DNA of 58,748 bases from Catajapyx aquilonaris. Its lineage: Eukaryota. Both the position numbers and the translations under genes were made by a program. The notes under the pieces were generated by a model. It did no database searches. It saw nothing but the letters and a program-made list of their open reading frames with translations, and was not told the origin of the DNA. Where the stretch lies: NCBI GenBank assembly GCA_000934665.2, contig KZ538616.1, forward strand, positions 1 through 58,748. Direction: 5' to 3'. Positions 1 to 13,450 of the stretch are shown here, piece by piece (position 1 is the first letter of the stretch; each line of letters begins with the position of its first letter).

Positions 1-223
1 AAGTTGGGCGGCAGTAGTCCAATTTCTAGTTATTATAGCCCTTTTTTGGAAATTAATTTAGGGACTTCTAGACGAGTAAAATGGTTCCAGACACATTTAT
101 AGGGTTTTCCCAGATCTCGTAAGTATAGCTGTTATTATTTGCAAAATATCTTGTCCGTATCTTCGGAGTACGCGTAAGCCAAAAACTGTGTGGTTCGGGT
201 CGATCTGGGGCCGAAGGGGTTAA
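1..223. mobile_element. Possible piggyBac-like DNA transposon end (other end outside the window)
   Basis: GGGGCCGAAGGGG-TTAA at 207-223 reads TTAA-CCCCTTCGGCCCC on the minus strand, the TTAA+CCC terminus typical of piggyBac. Clear similarity of the adjacent SINE copy to the full-length copy at 38163 stops at this TTAA. Confidence 0.35.
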
Positions 224-460
224 GGGGGGAGTTCATCCCAATTTTGCTTTGACTGGAACTCTTTGCTTGTTACTTTGCTTTTTGGGATAGGATAGGGACG
301 GAAGGAAGTGGCAATTTCAGGAAGCAATCCCGGAATTCCCCTTGGAGGACCGTGGGAAACCACAGAAAACCACGGTTAGGATTGCCGGCCCCGGGACTCG
401 AACCCAGGACCTCCCGATTAGCAGTCGGACGCCTTATCCACTCTTCCAAACTGCTTCGGT
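224..460 (-). mobile_element. tRNA-derived SINE, copy 1 (3' end interrupted)
   Basis: The minus strand reads ACCGAAGCAG...TCCGACTGCTAATCGGGAGGTCCTGGGTTCGAGTCCC (anticodon-like arm with GCT and a perfect B box), then CCGTGGTTTTCTGTGGTTTCCCA...TCCGTCCCTATCC...AAGAGTTCCAG, collinear with 38163-38425. Confidence 0.88.
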
Positions 461-3050
461 CTAATAAATCTATAATATTAAAATCGCAGCAGCTTTCGAT
501 TTCATAGACCTATCTGAAAATTCCAGCCAATTCTTATTAAACCAACTACTATAGAGTTGATGGTATTAATTTTTACTCAATTTATGCACCAGAAGTGTTA
601 AACAATCACACTTTGGAATGACAGTACGAACCATATGGAAAGCTTCATCCCTGGGTACATGTTCCTTTAGAGAAGCGCGTCTGAAGCTGTGCCTGCAAGA
701 GTAGCTGCATGGAGAAGCAGCTCCCAGCCAGGGCCACCAAATTACAATGGCGCAAAAATAATTGCAGGTGCACTATTGTTTCAGGGAAATTTACTCCGAC
801 AGTTATGAGAAGAAGTGGGGGGTAGGATGGGGCAGGCTGGAATGGGAAAAGGGCTGGGGGTCCTTCAAGAGCTGGCAATCAATAGGGAGAAAAAGAGGGG
901 GGGGGGNACAGCGGCATTGATTAGACTCCAAAATGTGTATAAAATAATTGTGTTTCACATATATACAAATGAAATGAAGAATACCCCCCCCCCTCCCCCA
1001 CTCTGGAGTAAGTAAGGGATTTTCCTCCCCCCCTTTCCCTTATGCATGGTTACGTATCTCAGTTGTGGGCAGGGGGTTTGGGTGAGGAAATAATGGACGT
1101 CAGGTGGACTTTGCCGGCGCTTAATCGCCTCCGGTCCGGCTTGGGGCCGATGCTTTTTGGATATCTCCACGCCGCCTTTCGTTTCTCCGGGAGAAATCTG
1201 GCGTGAAGGAGACGCTAAGCTTAGTATAATGTTGGGAAGGAGAGGTTTTCCCGGGGCCTGCTCGTTTTCTGCTAGGTTGCCCCGGTTGAGGAAGGGTCAG
1301 GGGAGACATTTTCCGCATGCAAGGAAAAAGTACGGGGCTGGAAAATGGTGAATCATATCGTAAGTGCAGGGTTTAGGCCTGGTGTTGGGGCTTGCTTTGC
1401 TTACAGGTCGGACAGATGTCTGGAGAACTAGGGGGTTCTAAGTGCATGTATGTGGGTTGAGATAATAATGCAGTGCAGGTTTGGTGTTGTAAGGTGAACA
1501 CTACCTTATATGTACAAGTGATGTAGGAAAGCATTTTTACAAGTAGCTGTTGACTCGAGACAACAGCAACAAAGCTTCTTCGCGCAATTTCATTGTTTGT
1601 GTTCAGTATATGGGACATTGCAAAAATTTGACTGCCCCCAGCTGTCGGAGACAAAGGCAAGACGGTTAAGATTCTGCTGAAGTTAGGTCCGATTTTGAAC
1701 ATTGTATAAGCTTCCCGCAAAAGCAAGCAAGAAGTAAAGGGGGAGCTGAGAAGAAGAGACGAGCAGGATTTAAGTCGACTTCCACGATGTCTATTGTCTT
1801 CCCGTTTGTAATACGCTTAGTTACTTATCACAGCCTGTCTCATTCTCCCTAGTTTCTTCTCCTTTGTCTTGTTATTGTCTGAAGGGCTTCTCCGGTGAGA
1901 CCGTCAGGAAGCGTAAGTTGGCGCAATGATTTCAGGATAAAATGAACCAGTGTGGTGCTCTGGTGAAGATGACAATGTCTGAATCCCAGTTGCCACTGTC
2001 CTAATTCGACCAAGATACTGCGTGCAATTGGAGGGCAGTTCCATGCATTGCGATATTGACCAGTACTTGACAGATTGTGAGAGACAATTTTGAGTAATTA
2101 CCCCCCAAAAAATCACTCTGGTGGTATTGCATTCAAATTAAAAGGGTCCTCCATTTTGGCCATGGTCAGCAAGCCGGGTATGTGATGAGGTGTGATTGGC
2201 TAGGCAAAGTAAAGGCTTTCAGCGGAACAGTGGGACATCTGGACTGACCCAAAGGTCCCCTCTGGCCCTCGTTTTTTTGGAGGGGAGTGCGAGAGGTGGA
2301 TATAGTTGAATTAGTCGGGAACAATAGTGAATCGGAACGAGTGGAAGCCGTCGGGTTTGACACCAGCGAGGTTGAGTTAAGAGCTTGCCCAGCAATCTTT
2401 TATTCGGAGCCGTTTGGTGTCCGCTGAGTGCATGGCGGTTTTCGGATTGGAATGTCAAGTGGACTCTTGTGGGATGTATTTTAGCCTATCTAACGCCCTT
2501 TACTGGGTCTGGCTTGTCGGTCTGGATCGTTCTGTTTTTGCCAACTGCGGTTTTGTGCAGGGGGGGATGCCCGAAAGACGGCCGACTAATTTTCGTTTTA
2601 TTGCACCACGCTTTGTACTCCTTACACGTTGTGCATACCACTCTATAGGACCGGTACTTCCGTTCCTATGAATCGCGATCGGTGTTTTTCGTGCATGCCA
2701 AATTGAATCCGGGGACTTACTTTTAGAGGGATTCGCCATATGCATTTTCAAAAATATTTTGTGTTAAAAAGAATTAGAATATCATATGAATTTTAGTCAA
2801 AAATTAACATTACAACTGGAACTGACTAAATTTAGTTAATTGAACTAAAAATTTGGCTACTTTATTAACTCGAACTTGAGCTGCTTCATGACATGAAACT
2901 TCTGAATGTATGAAATTGTATTGAAAAGTTGAAAATTGAAAAATTGACATTGTTTGAATTTTAAGTTTGAATTTTGTTCATAATTATGTGGGGTTAACTT
3001 GCGTCTTCCTTCATCGCTGACTACTCCTTATAGGTAAATATCGTGATGGC

Positions 3051-3068
3051 GTTGTTGTTGTTGTTGTT
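3051..3068. repeat. (GTT)n microsatellite
   Basis: About six GTT units read directly from the sequence. Confidence 0.85.
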
Positions 3069-6000
3069 TTTGTGAATTGTTTTATAATAAACAAAGCCTA
3101 TAAATATACAAATATTAGCTTACCGTATCTTACGGACAGTTTGCAAAATAATTTTTAGATCTGTGATATATCTGTGGGCAGACTTATGACCTCGTCGAAT
3201 AGTCAGTCTATAGAATGATTTTAGACACATTCGATCGCCAAAACTATAATAAAAGTTCTTGTAGAAGTCACCGCAAGATATTTTGAACTCATGTTTAAGA
3301 GTCATCAGTCACGTTTCAGGCCGCAAAAAAACAAACACGAGAGGTAAAGTTCCATGGGGCTGCTTCTGCAACTTTGGGATGAGATTTTGATAAATTTCGA
3401 CACCGGGGCAGCCCCATAAAATGACGTCAGAAGCACTAGGAAAGAAGTGACTTGAAATTGTATATCTTCCGCATGTTTTCTCCCTCACCTCCACCTTGGA
3501 CCCCCCCCCCCCCCCAAAAAAAAATTCTGATCCATCGGGACGGTTTGAATACATTAAATCATTTATAGCAGTTTCTAACGCTTGCATTACTTGGCGGGAG
3601 GAAAATACGTGTCCCTGGTTTTAATGCGGCAGAAGTGGCAGTGGCAACAAGAGATACAGGAACCTATCCCGAATGCATGCGAAACAAAAAGGGAGAAAAT
3701 AAGCCTCCTCAATTCCACCTCGGCCCCGTCCCTTCAATGAACGTCTTCACTCTTCATTTTTAATCTCTAATTTTTTCCCCTGCACGCGACTATGCATATT
3801 TTAGCCGCATCCTCATGATAAATTAAGGACGCGTTGCAATTGTATTTTTCGCTCAATTCTCAATCGGTATCGCCGGTTCCTTGCCTTAGAAACAAGGGTG
3901 GAGAAGAAGAAAAAAAATGCGGAAGGTAGAAATCTTGAGTTTGTGATAGAAGCAGTATACTTGCTTTGATTTACTGCATATTGAAACCACACTGCACCTC
4001 GGGCTTTGTAGTCGCCTTGTATTATCGGCGCGAAAGAGAAAGAAATTGTTGGCGAGGGCAGTAAATATAAATTCCACACCCTCCAGCTTGACTTGCACAC
4101 TTTTTAGATCGTTCATCCATAGTGGAAAAGTTCAATTTTCTTTATGGCTGTGTGTCAAAATTAATTTGTCTGTCACTATAACCTGCGATAACATGTGGTT
4201 GGATTTTATGTGAAACTGTTATGTCCTGCCACTCTGATGTGAAACATGTAGTTACTTTTACAGATATTAGTTATATTTTAATACGCCGTGATAGGGGAGG
4301 TAATTTTAGTCATTTCTGACTTTCTGAAATACACCAGACCTTTTCTCCTGGCCCTGGGCAGAGTAGGGAGTGCAATTCTGCCCCGGCATGTCGGGTGAAA
4401 AGCGGAAAGATATTAGTTATTTAAAATGCACCAAAATGCCATAACTCGCGTAGGATTCAAATTTTAAATTTTTGTATCCTACACGTAAACACACATTATT
4501 TGATGACCACCGTCGTTATTCTTTATCGTCCTGAAAAGAACTTGACGCTAACATTACACCCATGCGTCCTAGGCCCAATCGTCCTAAATCGAGGCGAAAA
4601 TCCGAGTGAAATGAGCATCCAAAAAAACACACAGAGAGAGAAGAGAGAAGAGAGCGGCAACTCCAATTGGGAACCTTGACATATAGCCGCCGTTAACGCG
4701 GGGTTGAAATCCCGTGATGGCGTACAAGAGTGGCAGGAATGGGCAAAGGGCATCGCAAGTGGAGCAGAAAAATAAATAAGTGTGGGTGGGGATTGGTGGG
4801 TGTGTTTCCCTCTTTTCCCCCTCATTCCTTCTCTTTTCCATCTCCTCCTCCCCCTACAGCCTCCCCTCTAGCTCCTTCCTATCCATGCCATTAAACCCAG
4901 TTCGGTAGGGGCCTGTTGGGATTGTCCGCCGGTGGCTGCCAGTCAGGGTCGATCTCCAACTTGCATCCAGCAATGTCAAGTCCGATTAGCAAGCCAGCCT
5001 TGATGGAAATGTAGGCGTTTTCTCTTCTATCCCCTCCCTTCTGGCCCTCCACCTCCCCATCCTGCACCACTGATGGCGACACTCGGAGAACTTGGCGCGA
5101 CTTGGCTTCATCAAAGATGATCCCCTCATTTGTCCTGCTGTCCCGTCGACTGATGGCCAAACCGCTTTTCGATTCGGGTTGGGTCTCTTTTTTTTTGCCA
5201 AGCCTCTTTCGGGGGAGGTGGGGAGAGGAGCAGGTCGTGCCCTACTGGACACACCATCCTTTTCATTCAAGGCTCAGGGGCCCACAACTACTCTTTTACC
5301 AGCAGGTCGATCCGGGAGTGAAGTGATTGTTCTGGGGGTGTAGGCTGGGGAAAACTGAAATTGATAGGGCGCGTTTGTTTGCTGCGGATTGTATTTGAAA
5401 TGCGTTAAGTCGGGGGAGTTGAATAATGCAGGGGAGACAGGTAAGGGATTGGTGTCAGATGGAATTGGATTGGATCGTTTCTCTGAGAGAGGAGATCATT
5501 ATGGATAATTATTGCGAGTGTGAATTTTTATAATTACTTTTTTATATGAATTGATTATTTTGTCCCGTTTATAGCCAGATATTGACAAATGGATAATTGT
5601 AATTCTGAAATGTCATGAGCGAGTGAAAAATGTCACTTGGCTGTCGTTTCATTAGATGAGTGATGACAGGACTACTTTTTAAGAGTCTCTTGCTTTTCAG
5701 TCCAGCTTGTCACTAAATGTCACTTCACATTTTCATTTATAAAGAGGCATTGTGGTGGCTCTTCTAACTACCTCAGCATATTCTTCCCAACGCAGTAAAA
5801 TTAACACTTGCTGTCATATTTTGTTATGTGACATCTAAAGATTCAGACTTGTTCACAGCAATTTCTCTTGTATACGGTTGTAAGAAGTTAATAAAACCGG
5901 AGCAATTATGTAACAACTTTCATATTGGCCATACTGCCGACTCCATGTCACTTAGCAAAGCCAATATTTGCATATTCTACCTGCATTTTAAAATCAGAAG

Positions 6001-9000
6001 TCATCTTATATCTGACTCGATGTACCCAGTACCGACAGTGATACATACAGGCCGAATCCCAAATCTCGTCATATTTCAGGCGGAAGCCAAAGATTTCAAC
6101 ATGACAACAACATAAAAAGCTGCGAGCGACAGCAACTGTAGCGTAAAAAAAAAACTCCCGAAACTGATGGAAGTCTAGAAAAATGCTAGAGGGGGTGGGG
6201 GGTGGTGGACATGAAGATGGCTATTCCATACGGATGAGGATCAACTTCTTCTCTTCTTTTTTTTCTCTTCACTTGTCACGCTCTTGAAGGCTTGTCAGAA
6301 ACGGGACAGGAGACTCACTTGTCATGTCTATCTTTTTCGGGGCTGCTCATGGAAGTTCAATGCAGGTCAGAATCATTTGTACTTCATGTCGAGGGGATGC
6401 CTTGAAAAATCGAGATCCGTCTCACTGTGAGAGACAGCTTGCCAGTATACTCGTCTCATCTCAGCGCTCGCTGCCTCCAGAGATATGGTTGCGACTCTCG
6501 GGGAATAAAAGTACCGCAGTTTTAATGACAGATATGACGCATTTTGCTCACCATACTACTGTACGATGAGACGTAAAGTAAAACGGGTACGTTTAATAAA
6601 AATTAATGTTTACACCAAGCTGGGGTAAATAAAAAAATCCTAAAATTTGGTGTCAGAACTGAATAAGTACAGGGTGATCCGATCATTTTCAGCAATTTTA
6701 AAAATGTATTTCTGCAGTATCACACCTACATATTGCACTAACCTTTCTAAATTAAGACCATGTTGTGGCCTAACTTTATATCGGGACCTGTCTGAAAATG
6801 AGCTGTTAGCTCATTTGTTACATCATGCTGACCAATGCACTCGTTTAATTATGCAGATTGCAGCTATATTCACCACTTTCTATTTTTATTATATGCAACA
6901 TCCGCACGTGCGGATACGTCACTAGATAAATAAACAATAAGCCATCCTTGCGTTTGCATACATACACAAGTGACTCATTATTTTAATTTGCATGAACAGG
7001 TTCAAATTTACTAAAATATCTCACCATCAATAAACAACGGCCATTAAAAATAATCCTTCCGTCCTAGTGACCTTCAACCAGGTGGTGCCTAACATATTCA
7101 CCACAAAGAGTGACACATTATAACCCGACCCTTAGCAAGGAAATCCATAAGACTACAGATGTTTCCGTAATGACCCCAGCAGATTCTCTCACTAGACATG
7201 TTGCATGGGTCCCTCTTAGCATAGATTTTTGGAGAGAGGGCAGAGAGAGGTGGGGGAGGGGGGAGAAAAGTTGGGGTGTGGGAGGAGGGGGGGCATATAA
7301 TTTGCCTTCGCATGCAGGTTATGATTATAGAAAAACTTTGTAAGTCTCCCCCGGAAAAGCATATCGACTTTCCCATCGCGCTAGTTGGGGGAAGTAAGAG
7401 CCAAACTGGCTTTGATAATGTGTCTTTGCTAAGGGTTGCTGCCTAAATGGGGCTCTCAAGTTGAAGTTACGCCATGCAGAACACTGAACGTTACATAGGA
7501 GGATTCAGTGTGCCGAGGAAGGAAGCGCAACTTTAGACTATAAATGTATATTTCCTTAACCCCCCCCCCCCCTCCCCACTTCCACCCTCTTCTACTTCTA
7601 CCAGTCTCCAGATGAAAAGCCAACTTGCATTGACAAGTTGTAACCTCTTTTTTGTGGGAGGGGAAAAAGTGTATATCTTGGCACGTTCTATCCGGTTCTT
7701 TTGAGAACCAAATGGCTTAAGCCGGCTCTAGGCCTGGTGACGTAAAGTCGTGTTCATAAATATTGGAGGCGGCTCTGTGTAACAACACTATAATATTAAT
7801 GAATCCTCACAGGTTTAAGCCCGCAGAAATACCTGCAATTATGTCTCCCGGCTCTCATTTTCTCGCATGGGAATAGCTTTTCTTGTCTGTTTGGGTTTTT
7901 TTGTAGTTGGGTGCAAACAAATGTATCTAAAGCACACATGTTTTTAGAAGCACGTCGAAGTACGTGTCTTTGAGTCGTGTCGTTGCAAATTTGTTTTTTT
8001 CGCTAAGTGTCGTTTTGTATTGAAAGTAATTTTTTCCAACTAAACCAAATATAATGATGACTTTGATACACAGTCGTTTCCTGACTGGAGTGAACATTGC
8101 TATTGATATACGAGGAACTGGAAATCACAGATTATAGGAACCGGAGGGTCCCCACTCTGTAGACACGAAAGTTTCGACGCTCAATTATTACGTTCAGAAT
8201 ATTGAACGCATGGACGGGGTGCAGCAGCAGGTTCCGATGCGTTCGTTGTTCTTTATGGCCACACGCATCGGCTCTCTGGGTGTGGAAATCAGTTTGCAAA
8301 AGGACTCCCATGTTCCAATGCAAACATGCTATTTCTACAGGCGCATAGTATTGATATTTGTTAGCATATCATAGTAACATCTATCATGTACTGTACGTGT
8401 CATCGGACGAATACAAGGCCCACGCACTCTAAGGACTGCGGATTTTTTTTTTTAAATAACTTACATGAAATCTAAAATTGCAGGTTGGTGTTTTGACATC
8501 CATAAGCACCTATCAGGTCCATCCATCCAGTTCCTGATTAACACCCTGGTGATATCCAATCCCCGATAGCTCCTGCTATAAGGCATCCTGAAGTAGCAAT
8601 AACATCGTCGGAGAGCCTCCAATGACGGTATATATAACTCCATTAAGTGCGAAAGGAACTTATTAAACACTAATGGTGGCGATGGAGATCTAGAGCCACA
8701 TTTTGACCAGGAGTCAATGTGCTTTGCTTGACTGTGATTCTGGTCTGATGTGAAGCCAGCCAGGTCCGGCATAAAGCAGAGGCGGTCGAGTTGACATGGC
8801 GTAGGTGAAATGCAGTCCGGTGGTAACGAGGAAGAAGATGGGGCGGAAGTTAATTCCGGGAGAGTCCAGTGGGTGTCCAGAGGCAACACATTTTCCGGGC
8901 CTCCTTAGGCCGCGCTAATCGGAGCCACAAATCGCGATAAGCGCGGAATCCACCATTTTGGGGAGCAGTTCTCACCGGCATTCGGCCCCATAACGACCCA

Positions 9001-10430
9001 AACCAAATGAGAGTGTAAAATGAAACGGGGGGCTTTTCCCAGTCTCGCCTGCATCTCTATGTGGAAAGATCATAACCGGACTTCAAACTTTGTCCCTCCC
9101 ACAGTTTTCCATCTGACTGATTGTCCCGGACTGTTTGATCCAACCTATTTTTTTGGAATCGGGGGAGAAATAAAAATGGCTTGGACGAGTCACGTATTTG
9201 CACGCAATTATCGGATGGGTCACTCGCAAATATGCAAAAAATTAATGCTTGCTTTACACTAGCTGGGCAAATGCCTGCATTACGCGATGGTGTGATTGAT
9301 CACGGTTTACGCTATTTAACGCCATGTAAGCTCTATATTGTGTCATTCAGTCTGGCGCAAACGTTGATAAAATACACGGGCATTAGGCTCGTAGTAATAA
9401 GCATATGGTGCTGAAACACACTGGACAAAATAATGTGAAAGGGAACACTATGAATATTTTCATTCAGAAAGTTCCATGCGGTTCTATTCTTGCATATTCA
9501 CCGGAGTCTAATTACGTTTTTTCGGTATTTTCCCGGAAAACACATATAGGGCACCAGGAATACGTGTGTCATGTTGCATGTTTGCAAGTTACCGCCAGAA
9601 ATATCAAGGGAATGTTTATTTTTACGTGTCCCTTTTTTGGTATACACTCGGGCAAAAGCTGACATTCATTTCAGAAAAGTCGACACGGAAATGTCTTGCA
9701 CTTCCGGACGTTACCAACAGTTTAAAAATTACAAATAATAAAACATATACACTAGCAGAGCATATGTCATTGTATAATTTATTCCGACTTACCAGCAGCA
9801 GTTACAAGTATTTTTAGTTGTTAATTCATAAATTTTGTCGTTCTATCTATGCATGTATTTTTTTTTAACCGTTATGATTTTTACATAATGGCGTATACCA
9901 TCTAGCTTGTGGATACAATGCCAATCAACTGGACCCCGATACGATCAGCAACTTTACACCACCCAGAGCTGCACACGGATGACTATCCCGTGCAAATTCA
10001 ACCAGACACTACAATAGTTAGTCTCTTGGCCCCCGAGTTGGCACCTAAACGAACCCTCATCCCAACCCCCTTCCACCCCCCAACCCCAGCACCGCAGCAC
10101 AGCACAGCACCGTGCCTCGCTTAGCTAGCTCGCCTCCTCTCTCTTACAAATGTCCTTAACTTGTAATGCATCCATGAGCGGTAACCCTTTAATTACAGAC
10201 AGTAAATTAGGGAAATGTTCGATATAATGTGATAGCAGATAAAATTTACACCCCTTCACGCCGGGACCAGATAGCTCCCCGAACATTGAAAGTCAGAGGA
10301 AAACTACCCGCCGCCAAGCCAACCTCGCGTATCGCGATCTCTTTCCCTTCCTCTCCAATTAATACGGCTTATCTGCATATAGCACTGCAGCAATGAGCCG
10401 AGAGCTTCAAAGTAAGGCTTCCAACCCCGC

Positions 10431-10465
10431 CTATAAATATCCGCGCCTGACAGTTCGTATCACTC
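10431..10465 (+). promoter_or_regulatory. Candidate TATA + initiator core promoter
   Basis: CTATAAATA (fits STATAWAWR) at 10431-10439. Inr-like TCACTC has its A (10462) 30 nt from the first T of TATA. A GC-box-like CCCCGCC lies just upstream. No transcript evidence. Confidence 0.3.
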
Positions 10466-11079
10466 GGGCTTGCCGGAAAACTGCATACGGCCGGGACCTA
10501 AGTAGGCGATTTGTATGCGAGCTGAGGCCTTCCGTCTGAGCGTGGCAGGCACTGTCACTCAAAATTGCCGCCACTCTGGATTTCTCTCTCGGGAGAGTGC
10601 ACCAGAGTCAGCCCAGCAAAGCATGCTGCTGCTGGGGAGGAGGAGGATGGAGAAGTGGAGGAGGAGGAAGAGGAGAGAGAGGGGAAGAGTATAAAGGGAC
10701 AAAAGATGCAGCGGGCTTTTCCATGCGGATGAGGTGGGGTGGAGGGGGAGATCAGGAATTAAAACAGGCGCCTTGATGAGAAAGGATGATGGCTGAGCAC
10801 GGATGGAGAGAGGGAATAAGAGGGGAGGGGTATATGTGCGTTTCATTGCGGTACATGTGTAGGAGGAATTAGGGGAAAGTGGAGTTCGCAAGGTGGGGAG
10901 TAAACAACTGGATATAATTGTTTGGGAGAGATCAATGCGATTTTTAATATTTTGTATTCATGCTTGTCATTACGAGCAATTATCATAAGAACTAGTGTTA
11001 CTAGTCAAATCTCACTGATACAGGTATATCTAAGAAGGCGCAATAAACATACCTATACAGCCACATTTAGAAGAAGCTA

Positions 11080-11212
11080 CGACTTTTGGCTGCCGGTCAT
11101 TTGGCTGCCGTGACATTTGGTGGATCAATTTAATCAGCAACTAAAAGGCAGCATCCAAATGACCGGCAACCAATTGCCACGGCAGCCAGTTCACCGGCAG
11201 CCATTCAGTACG
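11080..11212. mobile_element. Small foldback element with tandem subterminal repeats (MULE/foldback-like)
   Basis: A ~15-16 bp unit TTTGGCTGCCGGTCA / TTTGGCTGCCGTGACA is repeated on the left. Three inverted copies lie on the right (CCAAATGACCGGCAACCAA, CCACGGCAGCCA, CACCGGCAGCCA). Confidence 0.65.
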
Positions 11213-11260
11213 TTAATATATTATTTTTTATACATGTTCTATTTATGTGCATTTTATATA

Positions 11261-11602
11261 CAGGGTGTTTCAACTTTTTTGTCTGAACAGTTATCGGAAA
11301 ATTGCACGTAGCTGCTACTTTGTAAGCAGTGACTTGCAAACTGTGATTTTTCGGAGGAACGAGGGATATTCCCTGCGAATCGTGGGTTGAAGTGGCATAC
11401 GTGCTGCCCGCTGAAAATTGGGGGCCAAGCCTGGAAAAAAGAGGGTCACACATAGCCATGGGAATGATGGGATGTGTGACCCTCGTTTTCCCCATTCCCC
11501 ATTCCTCCGACAAATCACCGGTTGCAAGTCACTGCTTACAAAGTAGTTCAGCTACGTGCAATTTTCCGATAATTGTTCGGAGAAAAAAGTTTAAACACCC
11601 TG
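11261..11602. mobile_element. Tc1/mariner-type MITE, 342 bp
   Basis: TA|CAGGGTGTTT...AAACACCCTG|TA with ~100-bp imperfect terminal inverted repeats (TIRs), e.g. TTATCGGAAAATTGCACGTAGCTG vs CAGCTACGTGCAATTTTCCGATAA and CTACTTTGTAAGCAGTGACTTGCAA vs TTGCAAGTCACTGCTTACAAAGTAG. Confidence 0.92.
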
Positions 11603-13216
11603 TATAAGATATGAAAGTCACATTTAAATGATTTCGAGGTATTGGGGTTTGAAGCAAGGTTGGAAGACTGCATAGTTGTACAGTATGAATTATATTGAAA
11701 AATTTTTAGGCTGTAATTTTTCTTCTCAGCTATCTGGCAAGGCTATCAGCAGGTGCCTTTGAGGACTAAGTTATTTATAATGAACTATGCTTCACTCAAT
11801 TTTGACAAAAATATGGATAGTTCTGCATTTTGGGCTACTTTTTGTGATTATTTATTCTGATTAAATTAAGCAGGCTGTGATTGAAAGAAAAATATTTTCC
11901 AATCACGGCTTTCTTTCAATCTGTCACGTCCTTCACGTTGGGTGTAAGATCGATATAGATGACTATTAATAATACGCTTACGAGTTGTAACGTAGAACCT
12001 GTCTATTAATATTAATATTCTCTGGATAAAGTAGGGCCCTTTTTGGGAAAAATTGTTCATGCAGTTGGTGCTTATTTTCTGGGGCTATTTTTGCAATGTA
12101 TGAACGCAAATTTCCCATAATTTCATAAAGTTATATGGGTCCTGTGCACAACCATGCACAAGCACGAAAATGTTCTATGCGACCACATTTTATCAAATAT
12201 TAACTGAAATCTAACCTGCATTCAATTGCCACGAATTCTACCAATGTCCTGATTTTAAAAAACAACATTACAATTTTATTTTCCAAACTACCGCATTCCA
12301 ACTAACAACTTGTTTTATGACCGTGTTTCCGCGGGGATTGACCAGCACCGCCCTGCAAACTGTGTGCGAGAATTTTTGGATATCTTCAGTTATTTTTTTT
12401 CGGTGTTTAATTATTTTGAGTTCATCCAACCGGCCTTAAATATTTTTTGATATATAGGAAGCCTATAACATGTATTTGCCTATCAACTTTTCCTATCAAT
12501 TTGCTGTTGGGAAAGGTGGTCAGTATACCGTAATTAGTTTCTGGTAGGGAAATTCTTTGGCCTATGATAAAGCCAAACTACTCTATATGTATCATATTTG
12601 GCTACGAGGCTTGTAATTACGGTGTGCGTAGGCAATTAAATTTCGAGTTTGTTATAGCAATGGATGCACATGGAGTATCCTAGCTCTGGTTGACATGTGG
12701 TGATATGCCCTGCAGTAATATACTATAAAATACACCAAGTTACATTTATAATTATTTTATATCCTTAAAAGGGTAGTTAGTGGTATCCGGATACCTCCAA
12801 ATGTAAAGATTCTAATTAGTAGAGAAATTGGAATTTAATTTTTCCGATCACACTGAGCGTTTTTGTGTGCGTATAAGTGATAACAGACGTTGCTAATACT
12901 TTTGAACCCCAGCCTGACGCATTCTTAATGCCGCTTCTTTGTTGTCCTATATTTACGGCATTTTGTGCCAAGGTGATATATAAATCCCGACCCCTCCAGC
13001 GACTTCCTGTTGGAGATAGTTAGCGCCCTTGAGCGTCAGGAATATCATATCTGGGAAAATCCGGAGATCTCCGTGTAATCCTATTCGGGCTTCAAATGTC
13101 CTGCATATAAATTTAATGGGGCGCTTTACGGCCAATTGGGATTAGTCTGGAATCTTGGGTGGGCTGCCTTGGTGAAAAGGTCGTCCCCTGACGAGCCTCC
13201 TCTTGTAGCACGTGTA

Positions 13217-13450
13217 CAGGGTGTACATTCAGGAACCTCACATTTGGAATGGCCCCCTGGGATAAACTGTGACATATTTACTACAGTATAGTGCTGACGT
13301 CACAATTTTTAGTCACACTGTTGATATTATTTTTTGATAGTCAATGATGTCTATCTCACTGTAAGACTTACTGTTAGTGGATTGTACAGTAGAGCTCAAT
13401 GGTGAGGACTTATTTTCGGGGCCTCAAGATGGCAACACATTCATCCCGTG
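13217..13450. mobile_element. Degenerate mariner-type MITE
   Basis: The left end is TA|CAGGGTGTAC...CATTTGGAATGGCCCC. The reverse complement of the right end is CACGGGATGAA...CATCTTGAGGCCCC. TIR similarity is only patchy. Confidence 0.35.

Noticed and set aside
4262..4432. Direct repeat AGATATTAGTTAT (4262-4274, 4408-4420) as a TSD
   Set aside because: Similarity extends beyond the 13 bp, and the intervening sequence has no tail or TIRs, so no element can be defined.
6670..6800. TA|CAGGGTGATCC mariner-like end; similar lone ends near 17938, 30515 and 33992
   Set aside because: No matching second TIR found. These are probably transposon remnants, but boundaries are not supportable.
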